Virus record (IMG/VR): IMGVR_UViG_3300010052_000189
Span: 1-43,546 of that record
Strand: one strand, 5' to 3'
Length of the DNA: 43,546 nucleotides
Source of the DNA: a virus
Taxonomy: Duplodnaviria > Caudoviricetes
Shown piece by piece: positions 26,752-36,380 of this stretch; position 1 is the stretch's first letter, and every line of letters begins with the position of its first letter. The notes under the pieces were generated by a model. It saw only the letters and a list, made by a program, of their open reading frames with translations. It was not told the origin of the DNA and ran no database searches. The translations under genes were made by a program, and so were the position numbers.

Positions 26752-27573
26752 GTGCTTTGGAACCTCGTTGCGCCAGGTTACGGCCCGCTGCAACTCGGCG
26801 CGAGCGCGAAAGCGGGAGTGCCGTTTTCAGACATCCTCGCTCTCAATCCCGAGGTGGCGATCGACCTCAATGCGCAGGGGGCGATGTTTCAGGATCGCAC
26901 GGGTGGCAGCGCGACACTTCCCAGCAGCGTCGGCGACCCAGTAGGGTCGCTGAGAAACTTTGGAACTAAGGGCGGCTGGCTGACCGCTCCCTCCGACGCA
27001 GCACGGCCGATCCTCCGAGCGGCCGGATTGCTTCGCTACCTCGAGACAGACAGTTCAAATGATGTGCTGGTTGGCGCCTTGGCGGCGCTTCGAGCTGTGG
27101 CCGGATGGACGCTGGTGGCTGGCCTCAGAAACACCGGCAGCACCGCCGCAACGCGATCACCGGTCGCTGTTCTAACTGGTGCCGGGATGAGCCGAGCTAA
27201 CATATCCTTTACTGCTGCGACCGGGTTGCTCCAGGTGCTGGGGCGCAGAACTGACGCAGACGGTTCCAACTTTGCGAACGGCTTGGCGCACGCCAACGTG
27301 GACATCGTAGCCACCGGTATCGGCGACTATACAAACACGGATGCCATCAACCGGGCCAACGGTGTGCAGGAAGCATCCAATACATCGTGGCTTACGGCGG
27401 GCGTTTCAGACAACACGGGCGGCGATGTGACGCTCGGTGCGGTGTCGAGCGGGGGAAACAATCCCTTTGGCGGCCGCATCTACTCGGCTCTCGTGTTCCC
27501 CTCGGTGCTGGGGCCTTCGGACTTGGCTCTTGCTGAGCTTTGGACAGCCCAGCAAGCCGGTATCGTTCTTTAG
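26752..27573 (+). CDS. LamG/ConA-like putative receptor-binding (spike tip) protein
   Basis: MFQDRTG..VGDPVG..AARPILR..YLETD..ND-L N-terminal pattern; FGGRIYSALVFPSVL..ELW C-terminus. Confidence 0.6.
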   Translation: MLWNLVAPGYGPLQLGASAKAGVPFSDILALNPEVAIDLNAQGAMFQDRTGGSATLPSSVGDPVGSLRNFGTKGGWLTAPSDAARPILRAAGLLRYLETDSSNDVLVGALAALRAVAGWTLVAGLRNTGSTAATRSPVAVLTGAGMSRANISFTAATGLLQVLGRRTDADGSNFANGLAHANVDIVATGIGDYTNTDAINRANGVQEASNTSWLTAGVSDNTGGDVTLGAVSSGGNNPFGGRIYSALVFPSVLGPSDLALAELWTAQQAGIVL

Positions 27574-27667
27574 GCATGGCAATTTCCCGTTGCCCTGCCA
27601 CGTGATCGCCGCCGCCGGCGGCGGCACAGTCACCGCCTGAACCACTGACAGGATTGGACCTCTGGCC

Positions 27668-28069
27668 ATGGCTAACCGCCGCGGTAGGCGATTGCTCGCC
27701 TGCGCACTCGTATCTCTGCTGACGGTTCCGGCGCTCGGCGCCTCCAATATCGTGGTGCGGCAACTGCCGGACACGAAAGCCGAAGATCAGATGTCCCGCG
27801 CGGACCTGCTGGCGCGCAAGGGCTACTACCCGCCGTCGTGCGAGGGCCGGAAGGTTTGCACCTTCACCGGGCCCGGTGGCGAGGTCTGGGTGTGGGAAGG
27901 CTACGCCCGGGCCATGCTGCTGCAGGGCAAGACGCTGCTGTTCAAGGGCCGCTGCCAAAGCGCCTGCTACCTGGCCTACCTCGAGGCGGTGAAGATCGAT
28001 GCCGGCCGGGTGCGCGTGGCGCCCGGCACGGTGTTCTACAACCACAAGCCCTATCTGCTCAGGCAATGA
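27668..28069 (+). CDS. Secreted protein with ClpP/crotonase-like motifs
   Basis: Signal peptide (RRGRRLLACALVSLLTVPALG); GPGG..CQSAC..RVAPG..H. Confidence 0.55.
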   Translation: MANRRGRRLLACALVSLLTVPALGASNIVVRQLPDTKAEDQMSRADLLARKGYYPPSCEGRKVCTFTGPGGEVWVWEGYARAMLLQGKTLLFKGRCQSACYLAYLEAVKIDAGRVRVAPGTVFYNHKPYLLRQ

Positions 28070-28191
28070 ACAGGCTCTGGGGTTGGTTCGTGGCGCTGCT
28101 TGAACGCATCCCCTCGGCGTGGGGTATCCCGCTGCTGATCATCGTCGCCGTGCTATTCTGGCTCGGCGTGCTGAAACTCCTCGGGCTGTAG
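28066..28191 (+). CDS. 41-aa membrane protein
   Basis: ATGA overlap; MNRLWGWFVALLERIPSAWGIPLLIIVAVLFWLGVLKLLGL. Confidence 0.55.
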   Translation: MNRLWGWFVALLERIPSAWGIPLLIIVAVLFWLGVLKLLGL

Positions 28192-28201
28192 CCGCGGCAC
28201 C

Positions 28202-28681
28202 ATGAAAACCACCGTCAAGGTCGAGGGGCTGAGCGAACTGGATGCGGCGCTGGGCGCCCTCGCAGCCGAGTATGGCAAGGCGGCGGGCAAGGCAGTGTTG
28301 CGACGCATCGGGCTCAAGGCACTGCAGCCGATGGCCGAGACGGCCAATGCCCTGGCGCCGGATGATCCGGACACCGGTGGCAACGACCTCACCGGGTCCT
28401 ACGGGGTCGGTACGAAGCTCAACAAGCGCCAGGCGGCGCTGGCCCGCAAGGACCAGGGCAAGGCTCTGGTGACCGTCTACATGGGCACCAATGACCCGGC
28501 AGGCCTGCAGCAGGAATTCGGCAACGTGAACCACGGGCCGCAGCCGCACATCCGGCCGGCCTTCGACCAGCACAAGATGGAAGCAATCGACATCGTCGCC
28601 GCCGAGCTCGGTCCGGAGATCGAGAAGACAGCCGCCCGCATCGCCAAGCGACGGGCGGCCAAAGCCGCCAAGGGGGCGTGA
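28202..28681 (+). CDS. HK97 gp10-like neck/tail-completion protein
   Basis: VKVEGLSELDAAL..AP.D..QEFGNVNHGPQPHIRPAFD. Confidence 0.85.
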   Translation: MKTTVKVEGLSELDAALGALAAEYGKAAGKAVLRRIGLKALQPMAETANALAPDDPDTGGNDLTGSYGVGTKLNKRQAALARKDQGKALVTVYMGTNDPAGLQQEFGNVNHGPQPHIRPAFDQHKMEAIDIVAAELGPEIEKTAARIAKRRAAKAAKGA

Positions 28682-29097
28682 TGGAAGCGGATTTCTTTGC
28701 GCTGCTCGCAAGCCATGCGCCGCTGACCCTGTGGGTGCCAGCAGAGCGGATCACGCCCACACAGTACGCTCAGGCCACCGGCGGCCCGTGCCTGCGCTAC
28801 ACCAGGATCGATGGCAGCACCGGCCTGCACATGCAGGGCAGCGACGGGCTCAGCAACACGCTGATGCAGCTCGATGTGCGTGGCACCGATTACAGTTCGG
28901 TGATCGCGGTGCGGCACATCCTGCTCGGCGCGCACGGCGTCGGCGGGCTGCTGCACCCGTATCGCGGGGTGGTCGGTGATACCGAGTTCCGGCTGATCTC
29001 GCTGCGCAGCGATCGCGGCATGCGGTTCGAGAAGCCCGACAGCGTTGAGTACCACACCACGTCGCTCGACTTCGACCTCTGGTCGCGAGCGGCATAA
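28678..29097 (+). CDS. Tail terminator (DUF3168-like)
   Basis: YTRIDG..HMQGSDGL..MQLDV..YHTTSLDF; position. Confidence 0.75.
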   Translation: MMEADFFALLASHAPLTLWVPAERITPTQYAQATGGPCLRYTRIDGSTGLHMQGSDGLSNTLMQLDVRGTDYSSVIAVRHILLGAHGVGGLLHPYRGVVGDTEFRLISLRSDRGMRFEKPDSVEYHTTSLDFDLWSRAA

Positions 29098-29117
29098 CCC
29101 CAAAATAGGAGGCCGCC

Positions 29118-29537
29118 GTGGCCGCAATCTCGATTACCGCCGCGAATGTGCTTCGCGGCGCAGATGCTCGCACGCGTAACGCCGATTTCGGCGCTGCAGT
29201 CACCCAAGGCCAGGTGGTCTATCAGGACGCCGCCGACAGCAGGTTGAAACTGGCGGATGCGGACTCGGCCACGGCGGCGGTTCGCATGCCGGTCGGCATC
29301 GCCCTCAACGCCGGTTCGGCCGGCCAGCCCGGCACGATCCAGACCGATGGCGACATCACCATCGGCGCCACGCTGACGCCCGGTCTGCCGTACTTCCTCA
29401 GCCCCGACACGCCGGGCGGTATCGCGCTCATCGCCGACGTGCAGGTCGGCGATGACTACGTGCAGATCGGCGTCGCGAAATCGGCATCGGTTCTGACCAT
29501 CGACATCCAGACCCCCGGCGTCACGCGCGCCGCATAA
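29118..29537 (+). CDS. Decoration/cement-like beta protein within the tail module
   Basis: AGGAGG RBS; GAAVTQGQVVY..KLADAD..GIALNAGSAGQP..YFLS..GGI. Confidence 0.6.
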   Translation: MAAISITAANVLRGADARTRNADFGAAVTQGQVVYQDAADSRLKLADADSATAAVRMPVGIALNAGSAGQPGTIQTDGDITIGATLTPGLPYFLSPDTPGGIALIADVQVGDDYVQIGVAKSASVLTIDIQTPGVTRAA

Positions 29538-29559
29538 CCCTGAGGACAGGAGAACTACA

Positions 29560-29982
29560 ATGGCTGAGACAGAAGCCGATGTCGCCTTTGGCGTGGTGTT
29601 GAAGCAGGGCGGCGCCCTGATCGCCGACCCCTATTCCGACTGGGGGCTGGAGATCACCAACGCCACGGCGCCGGGGTTCACCCGTGCCCCCATCAGCGCC
29701 ACGCACATGGCGAGCCCGAACGGCTGGGCTGAGAACATCATGAGCGCGGTGAAGGAGCAGAAGGCCTTCACCGTCGAGTTCAACTGGATTGTGGCGAACA
29801 CCGCGGACATCAAGACCGCCGCCACCGACCCGATGAAGTTCTGGAAGTTCGAGTTCCCGGACGGCAGCTCGGTGATCACCAAGGCCGGCATGTCCGATTT
29901 CAGCCCGGGCGGCATGACGCCGGACGGTAAGATGACTGGCTCGTGCGAGTTCACGCCGAGCGGCGAGCCGACCTGGGCGTAA
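29560..29982 (+). CDS. Major tail tube protein
   Basis: AGGAG RBS; ITNATAPG..ISATHMASPNGW.E.I..FTVEFNW..FPDG..KMTGSCEFTPSGEPTW. Confidence 0.85.
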   Translation: MAETEADVAFGVVLKQGGALIADPYSDWGLEITNATAPGFTRAPISATHMASPNGWAENIMSAVKEQKAFTVEFNWIVANTADIKTAATDPMKFWKFEFPDGSSVITKAGMSDFSPGGMTPDGKMTGSCEFTPSGEPTWA

Positions 29983-29985
29983 CCG

Positions 29986-30348
29986 ATGGCGAACGTTGCC
30001 AAGGACGAAGTCTCGCTCGTCGCTGGGGGCAAGTCCTACACGCTCTGCTTCAGCCTCAATGCGATCATCGAGATCCAGGAGGCCGCCGGCGAGGACATCA
30101 ATGCCGTGCTGGTGCGCGTCATCTCGGCTGAGCCGGACTATCCGACGATGCGCCTGTTGCTGTGGGGACTGCTCGTCGACCATCACCCGGAGATTACGGT
30201 GAAGGAGGCGGGCAGGATCGTCCCCGATGGGGGGCTGGCGACGCTCGGGGCCAAACTCGGCGAAGCGGTTCGTCGGGCGATACCTGCCGGCAGCACCGAG
30301 GGAAACCCTCAGCAGGCCAGTCCGGATGGGACTGGCCGAAGCTCCTGA
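29986..30348 (+). CDS. Tail assembly chaperone (G)
   Basis: GKSYTLCFSLNAIIEIQ..MRLLLWGLL..HHPEITVKEAG; ends past a slippery site. Confidence 0.8.
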   Translation: MANVAKDEVSLVAGGKSYTLCFSLNAIIEIQEAAGEDINAVLVRVISAEPDYPTMRLLLWGLLVDHHPEITVKEAGRIVPDGGLATLGAKLGEAVRRAIPAGSTEGNPQQASPDGTGRSS

Positions 30349-30623
30349 GGGATTTCCTCGCGCTCGGCTACTCGGAGGCGCTGTTCTGGTCGCTCACGCC
30401 GCGTCGCCTGAAACTGCACTTCGAAGCGGCCGGCGATCGACTGCGGCGCGAGCACAACGAGCGGATGACGCAGGCCTACTGGACAGCGGCAATCCCCAAC
30501 ATGAAGAACCCGCCGCGGCTCGAGGCGCTGCTGGTGCCAATCGGTCCCAAGCCACGCAAACCGTGGCAGGAAATCAAGGCGGCGCTGCTGTTCGCCATGC
30601 CACCAACCAATACGAGGCAGTGA
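30300..30623 (+). CDS. Tail assembly chaperone GT extension via -1 programmed frameshift
   Basis: In-frame G GGA AAC at 30300-30306; the -1 frame reads ..WDWPKLLRDFLALGYSEALFWSLTPRRL.. Confidence 0.75.
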   Translation, partial: GKPSAGQSGWDWPKLLRDFLALGYSEALFWSLTPRRLKLHFEAAGDRLRREHNERMTQAYWTAAIPNMKNPPRLEALLVPIGPKPRKPWQEIKAALLFAMPPTNTRQ

Positions 30624-30624
30624 C

Positions 30625-32391
30625 GTGACAAACGCCGTCATCGGTGCGCTCAGGGTCACCCTAGGGCTCGACACCGCCCAGCTCGAAACTGGGATGAAGA
30701 AGGCCAAAACGTCGATGAAGGGCTTCGCGACTGAGTTCGCGAAGGGTGCCCTGACTGCCGCCGCGGGGCTGATCAGCGTCACGTCGGCAATTAACGGTAC
30801 GAACGCCGCCCTGCAGAAGTTCGGGGATATTGCCGACAAGTCGCGCGCGGCCGGTCTCGACCCAGAATTCTTCCAGGGGCTGGCTCAGCAGGCCCGGTTG
30901 GCGGGCGTCGACATCGACGCGTTGAGTGGCGCACTCAACACGTTCAACAAGAATACGGGCCTGGCGGCCGAGGGCAAGGGCAAGCTTGTTTCCACCCTGC
31001 AGGCGCTCAACCCCGAGCTGCTGAAGGCCATTCAGCTTTCGACCAACCAGGCCGATCGCATTCGGCTTGTGGCGGATGCCGTTGCCGCCGAGACCGATGC
31101 GTCGCGACAGGCCGCCATTGCAACGGCGGCGTTCGGCGGCGAAGGCATCAAGCTCGTTGCGGTTCTCGAGCAGGGTTCGCAGCGCATCGACGAGATGATG
31201 AACAAGGCCCGGGAGATGGGCCTGATCGTCGATCGGGACCTCATCGCACGTGCCGACGAATTGGGCGACAAGTTCGACGTCGCCACCGAGATCATCGACC
31301 TGAAGCTCAAGGTCGCCCTGGTGGAGCTGGCCCCGCTTCTCGTCGATGCCGCGAACATTGCAGCGCAGTTTGCTGGCTTTCTCGCGGACGGCGCCGCCAG
31401 CTTGAAGGCGTTGCTGTCCGGCGACCTGTCCGGTGCGTTCGAGACCGCCCTCGATCGTTACAGCAGGCTGCGCACTGAACTTCAAAATGAGCAGACATCG
31501 ACGCTCACGGATCCGGCGCTCGGTATCGAGTATGGCGCCGGCGGCATCCACAACGCCCTGATGGGCGGCGGTGTCGGCGCCACCAACGGCTTGGGAGGCG
31601 GCGCGCGGTTCTCCGACATCGGCAACTTGTTCGGCTTCGGGACGAGTGGACGCATCGGCAGCCCGGTGCCGGCCAGCCGTGCGCCGGCCGCGACCGGCAG
31701 CTTTATGGGCGATGCAGGGCTCGGGTTGATCTTCGACCCGGTTCATGTCGACGACCTGAGCAACAGCTACAACGGCTTGTCCGGGGCGCTGGCGGGCACT
31801 GCGGGCGCGACCGGCCCGATGAGCCTAGGCATGGAAAGCGTGTCCACCAGCATTTCCAATGCCATCAGTCCCACGGAAGAATTCACGGCTTCGCTCGCCG
31901 AGGGGCTGACCGATGGTCTGATGAATGTCGCGGAAGCGGCGTTGAGCGGCGGTGATGCCCTCAAAGCGCTGTCGAAGGAGCTGATGAGCGCCGGTCTATC
32001 CCTCGTCAGGAGCGGCCTCAATGGGCTGTTCGGCGGTTTGCTCGGCGGCGGCGGGTTGTTCAAGACGGCGCCAAAGCTTGGGTTGGACTATGGCCTCGGG
32101 CTGTTCGCCAATGGCGGCATTACCGATCGGCCGGCGATCTTTGGCGATGCCGGGCCCGAGGCGGCGGTGCCGTTGCCGGATGGCCGCACTATCCCGGTGA
32201 CGCTGAACGGTGGCACCGGTCCGAAGGTCGTCGTCAACAACTTCGGCGCGCCTGACGCGGTGCGCACCGAGACGAGGCCGGACGGAACCATTGAGCTGTT
32301 CGTCAACGAAGCGGTGCGCCGCGTCGAGGGCAACATGGCGCAAGGCAAATATCGCAACTTCGGTGTGTCGCCTGGTGTGCGGAGAACCTGA
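30625..32391 (+). CDS. Tail tape measure protein
   Basis: VIGALRVTLGLDTAQ start, Ala/Gly-rich helical body, FANGG..GDAGPEAAVP near the C-terminus. Confidence 0.9.
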   Translation: MTNAVIGALRVTLGLDTAQLETGMKKAKTSMKGFATEFAKGALTAAAGLISVTSAINGTNAALQKFGDIADKSRAAGLDPEFFQGLAQQARLAGVDIDALSGALNTFNKNTGLAAEGKGKLVSTLQALNPELLKAIQLSTNQADRIRLVADAVAAETDASRQAAIATAAFGGEGIKLVAVLEQGSQRIDEMMNKAREMGLIVDRDLIARADELGDKFDVATEIIDLKLKVALVELAPLLVDAANIAAQFAGFLADGAASLKALLSGDLSGAFETALDRYSRLRTELQNEQTSTLTDPALGIEYGAGGIHNALMGGGVGATNGLGGGARFSDIGNLFGFGTSGRIGSPVPASRAPAATGSFMGDAGLGLIFDPVHVDDLSNSYNGLSGALAGTAGATGPMSLGMESVSTSISNAISPTEEFTASLAEGLTDGLMNVAEAALSGGDALKALSKELMSAGLSLVRSGLNGLFGGLLGGGGLFKTAPKLGLDYGLGLFANGGITDRPAIFGDAGPEAAVPLPDGRTIPVTLNGGTGPKVVVNNFGAPDAVRTETRPDGTIELFVNEAVRRVEGNMAQGKYRNFGVSPGVRRT

Positions 32392-32741
32392 TGCCGTATT
32401 GGCCAAATGACCTACCGGTGGCGCCGCTGGTCGCCGGCTTCCAGATCCAGCCCAAGCCGAATGTGATTGCGTTTGGCACCGAGGTGGGGCCGGGCAAGGT
32501 GCGGCGGCGCACGACGGCCCGGACGCAGCTTTACACGGGCACGTTCCTGCTCACCGAGGATCAGCGACAGTCGTTCGTTTCGTTCTTTCAGGACGAACTT
32601 AAGGATGGTGCACTGAGCTTTTCCTACAACGACGTGGTGGATGGAACGGCGTCGTTCCGGTTCGACCCTGGCTCGCCGTACAGCCTGACCGCGCTGTCGC
32701 CCAGCCAGTGGCACCTTAACGTGACCCTGGCGAAGCTCTGA
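32391..32741 (+). CDS. Distal tail (Dit / lambda M-like) protein
   Basis: YWPNDLP..GPGKVRRR..FF..LKDGALSF; follows the tape measure gene. Confidence 0.75.
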   Translation: MPYWPNDLPVAPLVAGFQIQPKPNVIAFGTEVGPGKVRRRTTARTQLYTGTFLLTEDQRQSFVSFFQDELKDGALSFSYNDVVDGTASFRFDPGSPYSLTALSPSQWHLNVTLAKL

Positions 32742-33250
32742 TGCCCAGCCAGGCGTTCCGTGACGCAGCATACCCCGCTGAAACCGGCGAGGTCTTCGCC
32801 ACGCTGCTGACGATCGAGCACGCCGACCTGGCGAGCCCGATCCTGCTGACCGACGCCGGCGAGGACATCACCTATGGCTTGGACCTGATCGACGCCAACG
32901 GCAACGTGGCCGCGCTGGCCGGAACCTATCTCTCGGTACCGATCGAGGTCACGCCGCCGGGTCAGAGCGATGAGCAGCCTCGCGGCAGCATCCGAGTGCC
33001 GAACGTCGACCAGGCGATCGGCGCCGTGATCGATGCCATCACCGACCCGCTGCAACTCACCATCACCGTGGTGCTGATGAGCGACACGGGCGACATCGTC
33101 GGCGGACCGCACCGGATGCTCGAACTCGCCGAGGTGAAGGGTGACGCGCTGGTGGTGGAGGGGACGCTCACCAGGCCCTCACTCACCGTGGAGCCGTGGC
33201 CGCGGCACTGGGTCCGGGCGTCGGTGTTCAAGGCGGCGTTCAGGCTGTGA
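32741..33250 (+). CDS. DUF1833-like (lambda L-like) tail tip protein
   Basis: ETGEV..LLTIEHADLASPI..P..VTPP..NVD..EPWP. Confidence 0.75.
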   Translation: MPSQAFRDAAYPAETGEVFATLLTIEHADLASPILLTDAGEDITYGLDLIDANGNVAALAGTYLSVPIEVTPPGQSDEQPRGSIRVPNVDQAIGAVIDAITDPLQLTITVVLMSDTGDIVGGPHRMLELAEVKGDALVVEGTLTRPSLTVEPWPRHWVRASVFKAAFRL

Positions 33251-33690
33251 TTGCGGCTGCAAGCTATCTGCGGCTTGCCTTCCTCAGGGGCGGGCGAGAG
33301 CGGCCGGCCGTGGATTGCTGGGGGCTGTATCGGCTGATCGTCGGCGAGGCGCGCGGCATCTGGCTCGCCGAGTTTGCCGGGCACGAGGATCCATTGCGCA
33401 TCGCGCGGACGGCGACCCGCGAGGCGACGGCCGGTGGCTGGGTACGGGTCGAACCGGGCGAGGAACGGCCGCTCGACGCGGTGCTGATGACCGGGCTGCT
33501 CGGCGAGGGTCGCGCCACGATAGCAGCGCCGATCCATGTGGGATGCGTGATCGAGGCGGGCAAGTTGATCGATATCGAAGAGGTGGGAGGCGTGCGGGTG
33601 CGGATGTTCCGATCCACAGCGAAGGCGCGTGCAGCTGCCGAGCTGGCCAACCGGGTTCGCGGCATCTTCCGCCCGGTGGTGCTGGCATGA
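33247..33690 (+). CDS. NlpC/P60 tail assembly protein (lambda K-like)
   Basis: GGR..DCWGL..HVGC; GTGA overlap. Confidence 0.8.
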   Translation: MIAAASYLRLAFLRGGRERPAVDCWGLYRLIVGEARGIWLAEFAGHEDPLRIARTATREATAGGWVRVEPGEERPLDAVLMTGLLGEGRATIAAPIHVGCVIEAGKLIDIEEVGGVRVRMFRSTAKARAAAELANRVRGIFRPVVLA

Positions 33691-36380
33691 GCAGGGTGGC
33701 GCGCGCTTTCGTCGACCCGGTGCTCGGTATTGCCGGGCCGCCGCGCGAGGTGCCCCGGCCGGAGCGCGCAACGCTGGCGGACCTGATCGCCCTGGTGCCG
33801 CTGGATAACGAAGCGTTGCGGCCGCACCTGCGCGCGAAGCTGGGTGGGGTGATCATCGATCCGGCGCTCTATCACCGGGTGCTGCCGAAGCGGGATGCGT
33901 TCGTGACGATCGTGCTGCCGGTGCATGGCGGCAAGAACGGCATTCTCGGCACGCTGGCGGTGCTTGCCCTGGTCGGCGCCTCGGTGTTCGTCGGCGCGGC
34001 GGGGCTGCCGTTTCTCGGCAGCGCCTTCGCGGCCGGTTCGGTCGGCGCCAACCTGGTGGCCGGCGGCCTGTCGCTGGCCGCATCGCTGTTGTTGCAGGGC
34101 CTCAACGCGCCGCCGCAGCAGGACGGTAGCTCGAGCAAGGAAATCGGCGTCGCCTCGGCGCAGAACAGTTTCGAGCCGGGCGCCTACCTGCAGCGGGTGA
34201 TCGGCACCCGCAAGGTGACGCCGCAGATGGTTGCACCGCCGTTCAGCGAGATCGATGGTGACGACCAACTGGTGACCGCGGTCTACGGTCTGGCCGGCCC
34301 GCACCAGATCGAGGATATCAAGGTCGGCACCGCCGATATCAATGGCGCAGATGATTTCGAGTATGAGGTTCGGCAGGGCTTTGCAGGCGACGCAGATCTG
34401 ACCCTCGTCACCGATACCCGGGTCGAGATCGCGGTTGGCCTGAAGCTGAGCCAATTCCGCATGAAGTCGTCGACAAGTGACACCAATGCGGTCGACACGA
34501 CTGTCGTGCCCTATGAGCCGCTTTGGCATCGGGTGGAAACCAAAATTGGCCCCGATCGCGCCAGGCTCTTCCTGACGTTCGATCAGGGGATGCTCCACAC
34601 CAACCCTTCGACAGGACTGACGCAAGCTGCAGTCACAGCAGTGCGGCTTCGGATGCGAGCGAAGGGCACCTCTACCTGGTACAATTTGCCTGAATTCTTG
34701 CTTCGCGGCGAAAAGCAGAGCGGCGCCCTGCGCGTGTTCGTCGAACTGTGCTGGTTGACGCCGGGATCGATGCCTGGGTCAGTCACGCCATTCGCCACCA
34801 CCTACGGCGGCTGGTACGCGATGTTTCAGGCCGTGCAGAACAACACGGGCGCTGTGACCTATTGGGCGGCTGATAGCTACTTCGCCAGCAACAAAATCGA
34901 CTGGATCGATCGGCAGCAGGTCAAGGTCTATCTCAACACCGACACCTTCCCCCAGGCAGCCGCTTACGAGGTCGAGGTGATCCGGGGGTATTCGGCCGCC
35001 AACGCGGACGTCTCCCTGAACTCGTCGGTGCTGCACACTGTCAGCGCCAATGGCATCACCCTCTACGACTTCATGGGCACGACGTTTAGTTCGGGCGAGA
35101 CCCGTGTGCCCAACGTGCAAAGCAATTTCGTCGACTCGCTCAGCGTGCCGGCAATTCAGTCGATCTGGGATGAATACCCTTTCGACCTCACCAATCAGCC
35201 GACAGCCTTGATTGCCGTGCGCGCCCGCAACCGCGCGCTCGAGCAGGTTACGTGCCTCGCGTCCGGCTTCGTCGCGGACTGGAACGGTGCCACTTGGGTC
35301 GCCGACCAGGTGAGCAGCAACCCAGCGAGCCACTATCGCGATGTGCTGCGTGGTGAGCTGAACGCCGAGCCGGTGCCCGACAGCCTGATCGACATGGAAA
35401 TGTTGCAGGACTGGCACGAGTGGTGCGTCGCCGAAGGGTGGGAGGTGAATGCCATCCTCTCCGGCCAGCCGGTGAACGAAGTGCTGTCGCTCATCGCTCA
35501 ATCCGGCATGGCGCGTCCCAAGTATGGGGCGGTGCATGGCGTAGTGATAGATCGGCCCCGCGAGCCGGTGCACCTGATCTCGCAGCGCAACGCTGCCGGT
35601 TTTGCTTTCCAGAAGCCCTTCGGCCGGCTGCCGCACGCACTGCGGGTGAACCTCAGCGATGAGGACGCCGACTATGAAGTGCGCGAGGTGATCGTCTACG
35701 CCGATGGGTACAATGCGGATGGCTCCGGCGGCCTGCTCGAAGCGACGAGGTTCGAGAGCGTCACCTATCAGGGGCTGACAAGTGAAACGCTGGTGCGGCG
35801 TCGGGCGCAGCGCGATATGCGCTTTGCACGCTGGCGCTCGCGGCTCATCACCTTCTCGGTCGATATCGAGCATCTCGAGTATGGCCTTGGCGACCTGGTG
35901 CTGCTCGAAACCGATATCCTCGGGCAGATGGGCGGTCGCGGGCGGGTGAAGGCCATTGCCACGGGTGGCGGGCTGGTGACGGGGCTGCTGTTCGACGAGG
36001 AGCGGGATTTTACCCAAGCCGACGCCGATGGGGCTCAGCGGGCCGTGGCGATGCGCCTGATGGATGGCTCGGTCAGAGTTGAGATGGTGACGGGCGACGA
36101 TACCGATTTGAGCGCGGTGACGTTTTCGACGCCCTTCGTGATGCCGGCGGACGGGAGCGGCGACTTGCTCGTGCCGGGCGTGCTGGTCGTCACCGGCGCC
36201 CACGGGCAAGAGGCGCGAGAGGTGCTGATCTGGGACATTGCTCCCGGGCGCGAACTGACAGCGCAGATTACCACGATCCCGTACGCCGAAAGCGAGATCT
36301 ACGGCTTCCTGCTGAACGAAGACGACAGCTACCTGCTGCTGGAAGACGGCAGCAGAATCCTCTTGGGGTACGATGAATGA
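33687..36380 (+). CDS. Central tail fibre/host-specificity protein (lambda J-like, with an I-like N-terminal part)
   Basis: 897 aa; SSNPASHYRDVL..LQDWHEWC..VVIDRP..GDLVLL..GRVK; C-terminal LLNEDDSYLLLEDGSRILL. Confidence 0.8.
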   Translation: MSRVARAFVDPVLGIAGPPREVPRPERATLADLIALVPLDNEALRPHLRAKLGGVIIDPALYHRVLPKRDAFVTIVLPVHGGKNGILGTLAVLALVGASVFVGAAGLPFLGSAFAAGSVGANLVAGGLSLAASLLLQGLNAPPQQDGSSSKEIGVASAQNSFEPGAYLQRVIGTRKVTPQMVAPPFSEIDGDDQLVTAVYGLAGPHQIEDIKVGTADINGADDFEYEVRQGFAGDADLTLVTDTRVEIAVGLKLSQFRMKSSTSDTNAVDTTVVPYEPLWHRVETKIGPDRARLFLTFDQGMLHTNPSTGLTQAAVTAVRLRMRAKGTSTWYNLPEFLLRGEKQSGALRVFVELCWLTPGSMPGSVTPFATTYGGWYAMFQAVQNNTGAVTYWAADSYFASNKIDWIDRQQVKVYLNTDTFPQAAAYEVEVIRGYSAANADVSLNSSVLHTVSANGITLYDFMGTTFSSGETRVPNVQSNFVDSLSVPAIQSIWDEYPFDLTNQPTALIAVRARNRALEQVTCLASGFVADWNGATWVADQVSSNPASHYRDVLRGELNAEPVPDSLIDMEMLQDWHEWCVAEGWEVNAILSGQPVNEVLSLIAQSGMARPKYGAVHGVVIDRPREPVHLISQRNAAGFAFQKPFGRLPHALRVNLSDEDADYEVREVIVYADGYNADGSGGLLEATRFESVTYQGLTSETLVRRRAQRDMRFARWRSRLITFSVDIEHLEYGLGDLVLLETDILGQMGGRGRVKAIATGGGLVTGLLFDEERDFTQADADGAQRAVAMRLMDGSVRVEMVTGDDTDLSAVTFSTPFVMPADGSGDLLVPGVLVVTGAHGQEAREVLIWDIAPGRELTAQITTIPYAESEIYGFLLNEDDSYLLLEDGSRILLGYDE

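Noticed and set aside
33264-36209. 453-aa and 476-aa minus-strand ORFs
   Set aside because: Antisense shadows of the J-like gene
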